A stretch of DNA of 31,490 bases. Source: Halalkalibacterium halodurans (GTDB lineage: Bacteria > Bacillota > Bacilli > Bacillales > Bacillaceae_D). Position numbers and translations under genes: made by a program. Below are positions 18,496 through 31,490 of this stretch, one piece after another; the first letter of the stretch is position 1, and each line of letters opens with the position of its first letter. The notes beneath the pieces were generated by a model that was not told the origin of the DNA, did not search any database, and saw nothing but the letters and a program-made list of their open reading frames with translations. The DNA lies in the NCBI RefSeq assembly GCF_004376175.1, contig NZ_SNUY01000048.1:998-32487 (forward strand). Reading direction: 5' to 3'.

Positions 18496-19367
18496 CGGAT
18501 TCCTCATTTGTTGGCAACACGTCCAGGTAGTACAGACACGACAATTGCGGTTTATTGGATTGGCGGTGAAACGTTCCAAACGGATGGACACGGTGTCCAA
18601 GTAACTGGGTGTCATAACTTCAGCTTTTCAACTACTGACTCCATCCCAAGGCACTCAATTATTCTTACGGACTTAGCGAATTACCAAGTGTTAGCTCATG
18701 AGCTAGGGCATGCTTTATTTGTACATCACCCGGTGTGTTTAACAACGATGATCCGAGTCCAAATGCAGACCCCAATAACCGCAAGCATAATAGCGATTCC
18801 AATAATGTCATGTTTCCCAATGCAGGGACACAAACGACAGTTGAGCAGCGGCTATTGGCGAGAAAAAGCAAACTGGTGGTTGAAGATTTTTGTGATGTTA
18901 AATTTGTTCCTGAATTTCCTAAGAAGTTTGAAGTGGAAATTTTGAGCATTGGGGTCCATGAAGTGGACGATGGTTTATTTGATTCTGATATTGAAGTGCG
19001 TTTTAACTTCAAGATCAACGATACCACTCTTTCTTGGGAACATCATCAGATTGAACCTTCCGCTGTTCCTTACCACATTGGTGTTAGGACGAACGTATTA
19101 ATTCACACTCCTGATGATGAGATTTCATTAGAAATAACTGGTGTTGAATTTGATGTTAATCAGAACGACCCGTTGCCGTCATTTTCAAGAACATTTGGAC
19201 AGGCCGACCAGTGGTGGGGTACAAATGTTCCCAATCCTCCTGGTTTCCATAGTACCTTGATTTTAGAAAACGATGAGATAAAGTGTGAAATCTTTTTCAA
19301 GATTACTGCGGTTCCTTCGGAAGAAAAGCTGATCCCTGGTGTTTTCCAACAATCAATAATTACCTAG
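18487..19367 (+). pseudogene. Metzincin-like metalloprotease gene, 3' part (HELGHALFVHH motif), with an additional frameshift near 18729-18733
   Basis: Frame A gives …LANYQVLAHELGHALFVHHP and then runs into nonsense. Frame B (18735-19367) continues with VFNNDDPSPNADPNNRKHNSDSNNVMFPNAG… and a ~210-aa C-terminal region. A 1-nt deficit in the CCCGG run joins them as …HHPGVFNNDD…. Confidence 0.75.
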
Positions 19368-19668
19368 GTTTGGGCGAGAAACTCGTTCGTACATCACTGT
19401 TATCCAATTGCTTTTTAACATGGTGTCTCTTTGTGGCCTTCAAAAAATCATGTCGTATAGAATTTGCAAGCCCTAAGACTTAAAGTCTCATGGCCCTTTT
19501 TACGCTACCTTTTTCCGTTTCCGATAGACGACATAGCTCCTTGTAAAATATTTTAGTGGCATGCTGAGTACGATTAATCATAAGACGTGACTTCAGGAAG
19601 GAGTTGCGTTTTTTTTGTTTGTTTCTCATTGAGTCTTTATAAATCGAGATCGTAGCAAGATCATTTAA

Positions 19669-22747
<3,079 letters not shown>

Positions 22748-22760
22748 TGAAATAGTGGAT

Positions 22761-22789
22761 GGAGCTGCCCGTTGATGCAGCTCCTTTTA
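22761..22789 (+). terminator. Rho-independent terminator of the GH81 gene
   Basis: GGAGCTGC (22761-22768) pairs with GCAGCTCC (22777-22784) and is followed by TTTT. Confidence 0.8.
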
Positions 22790-22878
22790 TCGTTATGATT
22801 CATCCCCACATTTGTTCACAAAATCGAACGACTTCGATTGGGTTGATTTTACGTTATAATGTAAAAAAGAGGGGATTT

Positions 22879-24045
22879 ATGATGACGAAATTCATTTATA
22901 TTATTTTAGTCGTTGCGTTTATTGATACATTTATCCAACTGCCGATCATCACCCCTTATGCCCTAAGTCTAGGAGCATCAGAAACGTTAGTCGGTGGTAT
23001 TGTGGCGATTTATTCCTTAGCGAATATGGTGGGCAATATCATCGGTGGGCACTGGGTTGATCGCTTCGGACGCAAACGAATGCTTTACATGGGGATGCTG
23101 GCAGTGGGGGGCGTGCTTTTACTTTATCCCCTTGCTCAAACAGGAGGTCAGTTATTCCTCGCCCGGTTATTACACGGGCTAGCCGGTGGTGTTTTAATCC
23201 CAGCCGCGTTTGCCTTAATTGGTGACCAAGCAAAGGCAAGACAGAGCCGAAAGCCGATGGCGTTTGCTGGGGCCTCCATCGGGATTGCCGCCATTACGGG
23301 GCCGGCTATAGGTGGGATTTTAGCCGCTCAATCCCGGACGGAGTACGTGTTTATTCTCGTAGCGATCCTGTTCTTCCTATCTGTCGGATTAACGATCAAA
23401 TTTGTCCCAGAATCGCTGAAAGCCACAAGTCGTCAACGAGTGTCCTGGGGGCATGTCGGTCCACTACTGAAGAACGTAAGTCTAATGCAAGCGTGCCTTG
23501 CTGCATTTGCTTTAATGGTCAGCAACGGAACACTTGCATTCGCATTACCACTACTCGTGACCCAATTAGGTTTAACGTCGGCATCAACGGGGATGCTTTT
23601 AAGCATTTACGGCATAACGGCGCTATTTATTTTTATTACCCCGCTAAACAAAGTGTATGAGCGACTATACCCTGGGCGATTGGTCGTACTAGGATTAGGG
23701 TTGATTGGAGTATCCCTTATGTTGTTAAGCTTTATCCACACGTTATCATTAGCGGTAGTCCTAATGGTTACTTATGGCATCGGGTTTGCGTTTGTTTTTC
23801 CGTCCATGAATCAAATGGTGTCAACTGCGTCTCAAGATGAAGATCGCGGGAAGGCCTATGGGATTTTTTACGCTGTCTTTTCTCTCGGTGTTGTTGCTGG
23901 CTCGTTCATTTCAGGTGTTGTCACCGAACTTTTAGGCGTTCCTTTTATCGTTAGTGGGTGCTTGATGCTTGGGTGCAGCGTGCTTTTAGTTTGGCTATCG
24001 CAAAAAAGGATCACCGAGTCTTATGCTGTAAAAAGAGGTGCTTAA
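22879..24045 (+). CDS. MFS transporter, 388 aa from ATG 22879
   Basis: About 12 hydrophobic segments. MFS motif A is GHWVDRFGRKRML. RBS AAGAGGGGA precedes 22879. The upstream part of ORF 22759 overlaps the terminator. Confidence 0.88.
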   Translation: MMTKFIYIILVVAFIDTFIQLPIITPYALSLGASETLVGGIVAIYSLANMVGNIIGGHWVDRFGRKRMLYMGMLAVGGVLLLYPLAQTGGQLFLARLLHGLAGGVLIPAAFALIGDQAKARQSRKPMAFAGASIGIAAITGPAIGGILAAQSRTEYVFILVAILFFLSVGLTIKFVPESLKATSRQRVSWGHVGPLLKNVSLMQACLAAFALMVSNGTLAFALPLLVTQLGLTSASTGMLLSIYGITALFIFITPLNKVYERLYPGRLVVLGLGLIGVSLMLLSFIHTLSLAVVLMVTYGIGFAFVFPSMNQMVSTASQDEDRGKAYGIFYAVFSLGVVAGSFISGVVTELLGVPFIVSGCLMLGCSVLLVWLSQKRITESYAVKRGA

Positions 24046-24074
24046 ACCATCTGGCTTTTCAGGTGGTTTTTTCT
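24045..24074 (+). terminator. Rho-independent terminator of the MFS gene
   Basis: AACCATCTG pairs with CAGGTGGTT (one G-U pair) and is followed by TTTTTT. Confidence 0.75.
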
Positions 24075-24212
24075 TATGACTTTAAAGAGAAAAAAGATTG
24101 CGGAAAAGCGAACTTCCCGAACAAGAAATTTGTCCAAAAGCTGTCTTGATTTCCACTGCATGAGCCCCGCGGTTCCTCTGGATACTAAAGAAAAAAGGGA
24201 GTGTGAGGAGCG

Positions 24213-24650
24213 ATGACGGTTATTACAACATTTACACAAAAACGTCGGGAGAAACAGTGGAAGTTTGAACGGAAAATGCTTCGTGAATTGACATTGCAAC
24301 AAATAAAAAAAGACATTCAGACTCATTTTCAAGACATTATCCCGTTTCATTTTTTAACCCACCCATTTTTGATGGACCCTTGTACCGATATGGCCATTGA
24401 TGCCTATTTACTTGGCGCCGAGTTTGGCCGTTTTGGCTACTATGGGGAGCCAGCAGAGAAAGCGAAAGCGCGATGCGAAGAAGAATTGTCTGACCTGTCC
24501 CACTATGTTTTCGATTTACTTCAAGGTTGGTATACAAACTCCGAGTTTATTCTCGATTCTCTCCACGTTGCTTCACAAGCCTTTGTCGATCATTGGTGGC
24601 GTAAAGGATTTGAAGAGGGGACAAAACGGTACAAACTCCGCCTTCATTAA
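24213..24650 (+). CDS. ybaK: YbaK-like conserved hypothetical protein (DUF2521 type), 145 aa
   Basis: Its size and its position immediately upstream of cwlD match B. subtilis ybaK. RBS is GAGGAG. The assignment rests mainly on synteny. Confidence 0.6.
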   Translation: MTVITTFTQKRREKQWKFERKMLRELTLQQIKKDIQTHFQDIIPFHFLTHPFLMDPCTDMAIDAYLLGAEFGRFGYYGEPAEKAKARCEEELSDLSHYVFDLLQGWYTNSEFILDSLHVASQAFVDHWWRKGFEEGTKRYKLRLH

Positions 24651-24712
24651 GAAAATCACTACATATTTTCCCACTTGTCCAAATATATATAGGAACGATA
24701 GGACGAGGGGGA

Positions 24713-25435
24713 ATGATCATGATTAAGTGGTTAAAAGGTGGAGTGTTTGCACTAGGGCTTGTTGCACTCCTTTTCATTATCCAATATCAGTTTATTAGCA
24801 ATGATTCATCTTCCACATGGAATCTTCCGTTGTCTGGAAAGGTTATTATCCTTGATCCGGGACACGGAGGGATCGATGGCGGGGCGACGTCTAGGGCAGG
24901 TGCCTTGGAAAAAGACATTACGCTCGCTGTTAGCTTGGAACTTCGCGACTATCTCCAGGAAGCAGGGGCCCTCGTGTTAATGACACGAGAGGAAGATCGT
25001 GACTTAGCGGATGCGACGACAGCGAAGGTTCGCCAGCGAAAGGTTCAAGATTTAAAGCGGCGAGTTGAAATTGTCAATGGTTCTGGAGCTGATATGTTTG
25101 TCAGCATCCATTTGAATGCGATTGCTTCTCCTCGTTGGAGCGGGGCGCAAACGTTTTACAATCGAGCGATTCCGGAGAACGAACCTTTAGCCCGGTTTGT
25201 CCAGGATCAGCTGAAACGTAATTTAGAAAATACGAGTCGTTATGCAAAGCCAATTAATAACGTTTTTTTGTTAAAACATGCTGAAATTCCAGGTTTGCTA
25301 GTTGAAGCAGGTTTTTTATCCAATCCTTCCGAAGCTGAATTGCTTGAGACAGAAGACTATCAACAAAAAGTTGCAGCATCCATCTACCAAGGGATCATGC
25401 GCTATTACACAAATGAAGATGCGCCTGAGCAATAA
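24713..25435 (+). CDS. cwlD: Germination-specific N-acetylmuramoyl-L-alanine amidase CwlD, 240 aa
   Basis: N-terminal TM segment. Amidase_3 motifs are ILDPGHGGIDGGA, FVSIHLNA and LVEAGFLSN. It sits in the conserved cwlD-salA-gerD-kbaA-pdaB context. Confidence 0.92.
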   Translation: MIMIKWLKGGVFALGLVALLFIIQYQFISNDSSSTWNLPLSGKVIILDPGHGGIDGGATSRAGALEKDITLAVSLELRDYLQEAGALVLMTREEDRDLADATTAKVRQRKVQDLKRRVEIVNGSGADMFVSIHLNAIASPRWSGAQTFYNRAIPENEPLARFVQDQLKRNLENTSRYAKPINNVFLLKHAEIPGLLVEAGFLSNPSEAELLETEDYQQKVAASIYQGIMRYYTNEDAPEQ

Positions 25436-25501
25436 ACGAGTGCAAACGGATTCACGAACAGGACTAGGCGTATGCTATACTAAGCGTATACTGGAAAAAG
25501 G

Positions 25502-26566
25502 ATGGTGTCTTTGTTGTTGACGGAGGAAAAGGTACTAGCTGCACTTAATCGGGTAAAGGACCGAGATTTAAATAAAAGCATCGTGGAGACCGGAGGCATC
25601 CGGGAACTGAAAATTTCAGGTGCGAATGTGAGCGTAAAAGTAGCTTTAGCCCAAACGGGAACTCGCGAGCAAATGGAGATTCAACAAGAAATCGTAAACG
25701 TACTAAAAGGGGAAGGGGCCGAGTCGGTAGGGCTCCGCTTTGATCAGTTAGATGAGACGGAGATTGAAAAGCTAGGAGGACTCCCTAAGCAAGAATTTCA
25801 TGGACCACCGTTGCTTCATCCAAATACTTCAACAACGTTTATCGCCGTGACAAGCGGTAAAGGTGGGGTAGGTAAGTCCACAGTTTCAGTGAACCTTGCC
25901 ACGACCCTTGCCCGTCTAGGGAAGAAGGTTGGTATCATCGATGCGGACATTTATGGATTTAGTGTTCCTGACATGATGGGGATTGAAGAGCGTCCGAAAG
26001 TGGTTGGTGAACAAATTTTTCCGGTGGAGCGCTTTGGTGTAAAAGTCATCTCGATGGGGTTTTTTGTGGAAGATAATGCACCGGTCATTTGGCGTGGCCC
26101 AATGCTCGGCAAAATGCTTAATAATTTTTTTGCTGAAGTCGAGTGGGGAGATTTAGACTACTTAATTTTGGACTTGCCTCCTGGCACTGGAGACGTAGCG
26201 TTGGACATTCATACGATGCTCCCTCATTCGAAAGAAATTCTTGTCACAACACCTCATGCTACTGCTGCGTTCGTGGCAGCACGGGCAGGCGCTATGGCAT
26301 TAAAAACACATCATGAAATTATTGGTGTGGTTGAAAACATGGCCTACTTTGAAAGCAAGATTACAGGAGAAAAAGAGTATGTATTTGGCCAAGGTGGGGG
26401 AGAACGACTGGCTGAAGAGTTGAAGACGGAAGTTCTCGGTCGCATTCCGCTTGGACAGCCAGAAATCGATGAAGACGATTTTGCTCCGTCCGTTTATGGA
26501 GCGACTCATCCGATCGGGGAAATTTATACGGCTATCGCCAAGCGAGTCATTGATAAAACAACATGA
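25502..26566 (+). CDS. salA: Mrp/NBP35-family Fe-S cluster carrier ATPase (SalA/ApbC), 354 aa
   Basis: N-terminal DUF59-like region. Deviant Walker A is SGKGGVGKST. Other motifs are DLPPGTGD and VENM. Synteny agrees. Confidence 0.92.
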   Translation: MVSLLLTEEKVLAALNRVKDRDLNKSIVETGGIRELKISGANVSVKVALAQTGTREQMEIQQEIVNVLKGEGAESVGLRFDQLDETEIEKLGGLPKQEFHGPPLLHPNTSTTFIAVTSGKGGVGKSTVSVNLATTLARLGKKVGIIDADIYGFSVPDMMGIEERPKVVGEQIFPVERFGVKVISMGFFVEDNAPVIWRGPMLGKMLNNFFAEVEWGDLDYLILDLPPGTGDVALDIHTMLPHSKEILVTTPHATAAFVAARAGAMALKTHHEIIGVVENMAYFESKITGEKEYVFGQGGGERLAEELKTEVLGRIPLGQPEIDEDDFAPSVYGATHPIGEIYTAIAKRVIDKTT

Positions 26567-26588
26567 ACCGTTTGTAACAAAGAGTAGA

Positions 26589-26624
26589 AAGAGCCTCAAA
26601 GAAGTAAAAATGAGGCTCTTTCTT
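26589..26624. terminator. Hairpin terminator between convergent salA and gerD
   Basis: AAGAGCCTCA (26589-26598) pairs with TGAGGCTCTT (26611-26620) and is followed by TCTT. Confidence 0.75.
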
Positions 26625-26667
26625 ACGTTAAATATTAAGTGACGAGACTGATTGGGCGGTGGGGGCT

Positions 26668-27294
26668 TTACGAGCCACCGCCCCCGCCGGCATCTCCTTG
26701 ACCGCCTTCTTGTTCTTGTTGCTGCTCTTGCTGTTCTTGTTGTTTTTTCATTTGTTCCTCTGCCACTTTTACGAAGATTTCGTTTAGCTTTGCCATAAAA
26801 TAAGGACTCTCAAACGCTTCGTTCATGATTGTCATTACTTGTTGACGATATTCCTTTGTTTTCATCAAATCAAGGAACATCTGCTCCATCTCAGGGTTTT
26901 GTAGCACTTCAACCATCATTTGTTGATATTCGGGATCTTTCATAAGTCCTTTTAGTAATTTTTCGTTTTCTGCTTGCATGCTCTCTGCAAATGTTTTCGC
27001 AAATTCAGGGTCTTGCATCGTTTCTTGCCAAAACTGCTTACCCGCTTCCGAGGTCAATGTATCTTGAATCGCTTTTTTTACAAAGGCGTTATCCATTACA
27101 ACTGTACGCCGCACTTCTTCGTCTGCCATTAATTCTTTTATGGCTTGTTTTCCTTCTTCAGTCTGCAACATGTCGACCATCATTTTCTTTGTACTTTCGT
27201 AATCAGGAGGTTGATTCCCTCCCTGTGCTTGAGGTGCACAGCCGATGATGATGGACAATAACGCAATGCAAATGAGCAGCGCCCCTTTTCTCAT
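26668..27294 (-). CDS. gerD: Spore germination lipoprotein GerD, 208 aa from ATG 27294
   Basis: Lipobox LSIIIGC after MRKGALLICIAL. RBS AAAGGAG precedes 27294. Repeated helical motifs (EEGKQAIKEL, EAGKQFWQE) and the synteny support the call. The C-terminal tail is low-complexity Q/E/G. Confidence 0.85.
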   Translation of the reverse strand: MRKGALLICIALLSIIIGCAPQAQGGNQPPDYESTKKMMVDMLQTEEGKQAIKELMADEEVRRTVVMDNAFVKKAIQDTLTSEAGKQFWQETMQDPEFAKTFAESMQAENEKLLKGLMKDPEYQQMMVEVLQNPEMEQMFLDLMKTKEYRQQVMTIMNEAFESPYFMAKLNEIFVKVAEEQMKKQQEQQEQQQEQEGGQGDAGGGGGS

Positions 27295-27439
27295 CACTTC
27301 TGCTCCTTTCACTCATTTTGTCATTAATTTGAGACATTTTCTTGAACTTTATGCATGGTCTAGGGACAACGACTGGCTTTTTCGCTGAGCGATTGATACA
27401 ATCAATGACAGCAATGTATGTAGATGTGGAGGAACGTAC

Positions 27440-28024
27440 GTGAATACGAGGAAAGTTGTTCAGCTTTTTTTTACGACGTTAATTATTGGTAGTTTAAGCG
27501 GTACGATTGTCGGGTTGCTTTTGGATTTAGACCTATATACAAGTGGAAGTGTGGCTAATTTAATTGTAGGGATTATTTGGATCGCGGGGATTAGTGCTGC
27601 ATTTAGCTTAATTGCACAGATGGGTTTTTTCGCTTATCTAACCTTGCATCGTTTTGGCCTCGGGATATTCAAATCCGTGAAGCTTTGGAACTGGGTTCAA
27701 GTCATCCTGATTGCGTTTGTCGTTTTTGACCTTATTTATTTACGTTATATTGCTTTTGCTCAAGAGGGGGAAACCATCTTCCATTACATGGTGATGCCTC
27801 TAGCCCTTTTGGTGTATGGTGCGATTATCGCTTATTTGAAAGCGAAAGATACGAATAAGGGTGCCTTTATTCCTGCGTTATTCTTTATGGTTGTGATCAC
27901 GTCCATTGAGTGGGTACCGGCTTTAACCGTTAATGATCCGAAATGGCTCTGGGTATATTTCGCTCCTCTCATTGCAGCGAACACTTGGCAAATTTTAATT
28001 CTCCATCGATTGCAACAGCAATAA
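27440..28024 (+). CDS. kbaA: KinB-signalling pathway activation protein KbaA, 194 aa (GTG start)
   Basis: Polytopic membrane protein of the right size, located between gerD and pdaB as in B. subtilis. RBS is GGAGGA. Confidence 0.8.
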   Translation: MNTRKVVQLFFTTLIIGSLSGTIVGLLLDLDLYTSGSVANLIVGIIWIAGISAAFSLIAQMGFFAYLTLHRFGLGIFKSVKLWNWVQVILIAFVVFDLIYLRYIAFAQEGETIFHYMVMPLALLVYGAIIAYLKAKDTNKGAFIPALFFMVVITSIEWVPALTVNDPKWLWVYFAPLIAANTWQILILHRLQQQ

Positions 28025-28028
28025 AAAA

Positions 28029-28054
28029 GTCGAGCGATGTCGCTCGGCTTTTTG
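28029..28054. terminator. Bidirectional terminator between kbaA and pdaB
   Basis: GTCGAGCG pairs with CGCTCGGC (one G-U pair). The stem is flanked by AAAAAA upstream and TTTTT downstream. Confidence 0.75.
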
Positions 28055-28061
28055 TTTTGAC

Positions 28062-28823
28062 TTATTTGATTTCATCATGGGTTGGATGGGCGTCCGCCAT
28101 TAGCTCCTCGATCGAGCGAAAATGATATCCTTTTCCTTTTAGTTGATCGATGATAATGGGCAGTGCTTTATGAGTTTGTTTAGCTGAATCAGACGCATGC
28201 ATGAGTACGATATCACCTGGTGAGATATGGTCAACAACTTGACGAACGATGGCATCAACCCCAGGGTTTTCGTAGTCTCGTGAGTTGATACTCCAATGGA
28301 CAATCGTATAATCATAAGACTCGGCCAAGTTTAAGACACGTTTGTCGAAATCTCCATTAGGTGGCCTGAGTAAAGTCGGCTTTTCTCCGGTAATCGAGCT
28401 AATGACTTGTTGGCTTTGTCTTAGGTCCTTACGAATTTTTTCGTCCTCCCAAGTTGTATAGTTTTTGTATTGATATCCGTGACTGCCGATATGGTATCCC
28501 GCCTCTTGAATAAGCTCTACTAGCTCAGGGTGTCTTTCTGCCCAAGAGGCCGAGATGAAAAATGTGGCTTCCTCTACTTTTTTACTCTGTAATACATCAA
28601 TAATTGGTTTTACCCGTTGTTCTCCCCAACTAATATTAAAGGTAAGGGCTGCTACTTTTTCGTCCGTTTCTGCTTTATGAAACGCTTGGGGGCCTTCTGG
28701 TGTGGAAAAAACCATAAGGTGACTGCGCTCTAAATAAAGTAAACTGGCGCAAAAAAAAGCAGTGAGAAGAATGATGGTTAATTGCTTTATCTTTTTTGCA
28801 CGTAATACCCAGAAGAACTTCAT
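28062..28823 (-). CDS. pdaB: Sporulation polysaccharide deacetylase PdaB (NodB homology domain), 253 aa
   Basis: N-terminal TM segment. NodB-type motifs are LTFNISWG, HGYQ and LRPPNG, with a late LMHASD. Synteny agrees. RBS is AGGAGG. Confidence 0.87.
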   Translation of the reverse strand: MKFFWVLRAKKIKQLTIILLTAFFCASLLYLERSHLMVFSTPEGPQAFHKAETDEKVAALTFNISWGEQRVKPIIDVLQSKKVEEATFFISASWAERHPELVELIQEAGYHIGSHGYQYKNYTTWEDEKIRKDLRQSQQVISSITGEKPTLLRPPNGDFDKRVLNLAESYDYTIVHWSINSRDYENPGVDAIVRQVVDHISPGDIVLMHASDSAKQTHKALPIIIDQLKGKGYHFRSIEELMADAHPTHDEIK

Positions 28824-28971
28824 CTGATTCTAGCCTCCTGTATCGATTTGGTTATATTCATGTATATAGAAAAGACGGACAAGGTATGAATAAAAACCCA
28901 AAGATTAGAAAAGAATTTAGTTAGAGGAATGATCATTGTATGTGAGTTAATTATAGGTAGGAGTGTTGTCG

Positions 28972-29205
28972 ATGCTAGGGTGTCTTTTTAATGAAAAAGA
29001 AGCACAGGAGATAGAGTACTTATTAAAGAGAGAAATGGAGGAGCTGCTTCTTGATTTATCGGATCCTAGGATCGATGAAGTTGTGAAACGAGCGATGGAA
29101 GAAAAATATCAAATCGTGTATGGCATCTATAAACGTTTCGTCCCGCCAAATGAAAGAATGAGATACATGTTAAAACGTTATAAACGAAAAGGAAATGATA
29201 TTTAG
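28972..29205 (+). CDS. Hypothetical small protein, 77 aa from ATG 28972
   Basis: RBS AGGAG lies about 8 nt upstream of ATG 28972. The protein is charged and helical with a basic C-terminus. Confidence 0.5.
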   Translation: MLGCLFNEKEAQEIEYLLKREMEELLLDLSDPRIDEVVKRAMEEKYQIVYGIYKRFVPPNERMRYMLKRYKRKGNDI

Positions 29206-29207
29206 TA

Positions 29208-29236
29208 TTGACGAAGAGATCCGTCCGTGTTATATT
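29208..29236 (+). promoter_or_regulatory. rrn promoter P1 candidate (sigma-A type)
   Basis: TTGACG (29208-29213), a 17-bp spacer, then TATATT (29231-29236). It lies about 235 nt upstream of the 16S start. Confidence 0.55.
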
Positions 29237-29286
29237 ATCTCTTGCGCTCAAAAACAAGGAAACGTATTGGTTTATAAAAAAAGTTG

Positions 29287-29315
29287 TTGACGTTGTGCCT
29301 TGGTTTTGATAGTAT
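29287..29315 (+). promoter_or_regulatory. rrn promoter P2 candidate
   Basis: TTGACG (29287-29292), a 17-bp spacer, then TAGTAT (29310-29315). A better TATAAT at 29313-29318 would give a 20-bp spacer. Confidence 0.4.
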
Positions 29316-29470
29316 AATTTACAGTCGTCAGCAAGACGACGTCAGACAGTTCTTTGAAAACTGAACAAAAGCCAAGCGAAATAAAGAGATACAAGGTATC
29401 TCGTCAATTTACTTCATTATATGAAGTGTCGCAGGAAACAAATCCTGTGAAACATGAGCTTTATCAAACT

Positions 29471-31023
<1,553 letters not shown>

Positions 31024-31173
31024 CGGAGTTTTTAACTCTAGTCGACCATTCGCAGATTCATCTGCGGAAGGACGCTTCGGACTTTTGTTCAGTTTTGAGA
31101 GAACTCAAAACTCTCAATTAATGGAATTGACAAAGAGCATCAAGTAGATCAAGGAAGCAAGGATTTGAGGAAT

Positions 31174-31195
31174 GGAGCGTATGTGTATACGTGAC
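31174..31195 (+). repeat. 22-bp direct repeat GGAGCGTATGTGTATACGTGAC, copy 1
   Basis: An exact second copy lies at 31469-31490. The upstream flanks are also similar (GAAGCAAGGAnnTnGAGGA). Confidence 0.9.
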
Positions 31196-31468
31196 ATGAC
31201 CGAGAATCTGAAGCTGACGAAGAGATGCGATGATGATCTGCCATCAAAATGGTTCTTTGAAAACTAGATAATGATATTGTAAGTGGAAGATGAGCGCGAT
31301 GCTCATTGGAAGCTTATATGACGCAAATCGAGTTCACCGGGTATTTAACCTACATCCTGTAGGGAAAATACTCACGAACGAGACGTCAAGAATTCCATGA
31401 CGCTTTTGATGAATTATGTATTTTGCGACGAGAAGCAAGGAGATCGAGGACACGCGTTTTCGAGTGAG

Positions 31469-31490
31469 GGAGCGTATGTGTATACGTGAC
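31469..31490 (+). repeat. 22-bp direct repeat GGAGCGTATGTGTATACGTGAC, copy 2 (ends exactly at the window end)
   Basis: Exact match to 31174-31195. Confidence 0.9.

Noticed and set aside
18665-19027. 120-aa minus-strand ORF
   Set aside because: It is antisense to the metalloprotease-like gene.
19360-19629. Minus-strand basic 49-aa ORF (MRNKQKKRNSFLKSRLMINRTQHATKIFYKEL…), continuing in frame after one stop codon for 39 more codons
   Set aside because: It could be the remnant of a regulator or transposase N-terminus between the protease and GH81 genes. However, it has no RBS, contains an internal stop and matches no motif I recognise. The evidence is too weak to call.
23039-24777. ORFs 23039-23239, 23958-24149, 24042-24350, 24337-24537, 24397-24726 and 24547-24777
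   Set aside because: They overlap the MFS, ybaK-like and cwlD genes or the terminator. They have no RBS. I also considered and dropped a 45-aa ORF at 24076-24213, for lack of a start context.
26300-27248. ORFs 26300-26599, 26451-26642 and 26991-27248
   Set aside because: They are shadows of salA and gerD, or they cross the intergenic terminator.

Overview
This window looks like a Bacillaceae chromosome segment, most like Halalkalibacterium (Bacillus) halodurans. That call rests on the 16S V1-V2 sequence and on a GH81-CBM6-CBM56 laminarinase of the kind described for that species. The window is probably a whole draft contig. It starts exactly at the outer end of an IS inverted repeat and ends exactly at the second copy of a 22-bp repeat in the 16S-23S spacer.

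Contents from left to right:
- 1-1412: IS4-family insertion sequence, copy A.
- 1413-3390: a visibly AT-rich insert. It carries a two-gene RnlA/RnlB-like HEPN toxin-antitoxin (anti-phage) cassette, which is the most interesting content of the window.
- ~3388-3508: an orphan 3' end of rpsI (last 21 codons) with its terminator. A 5'-truncated amino-acid ABC permease gene follows directly, then an intact ABC ATPase gene.
- ~4.7-24 kb: an accessory block. It holds small ORFs, RpiR plus GH1 and GH4 6-phospho-beta-glucosidases, a membrane-anchored protein of unknown function, an amidohydrolase, DinB, an L-lactate permease with a Rex-like operator, and a SIS protein. It also holds a metzincin-like gene destroyed by a second IS (clean 9-bp target duplication) plus a frameshift, a frameshifted GH81 laminarinase, and an MFS transporter.
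- 24.2-28.8 kb: the conserved ybaK-cwlD-salA(mrp)-gerD-kbaA-pdaB block. In B. subtilis this block directly follows rpsI.
- 29.2-31.5 kb: rrn promoters, a 16S rRNA gene with substitutions at normally invariant positions, and a long tRNA-less spacer with internal repeats.

I found no CRISPR array and no tRNA. All homology statements come from reading the translations and from memory of the families. No searches were run.
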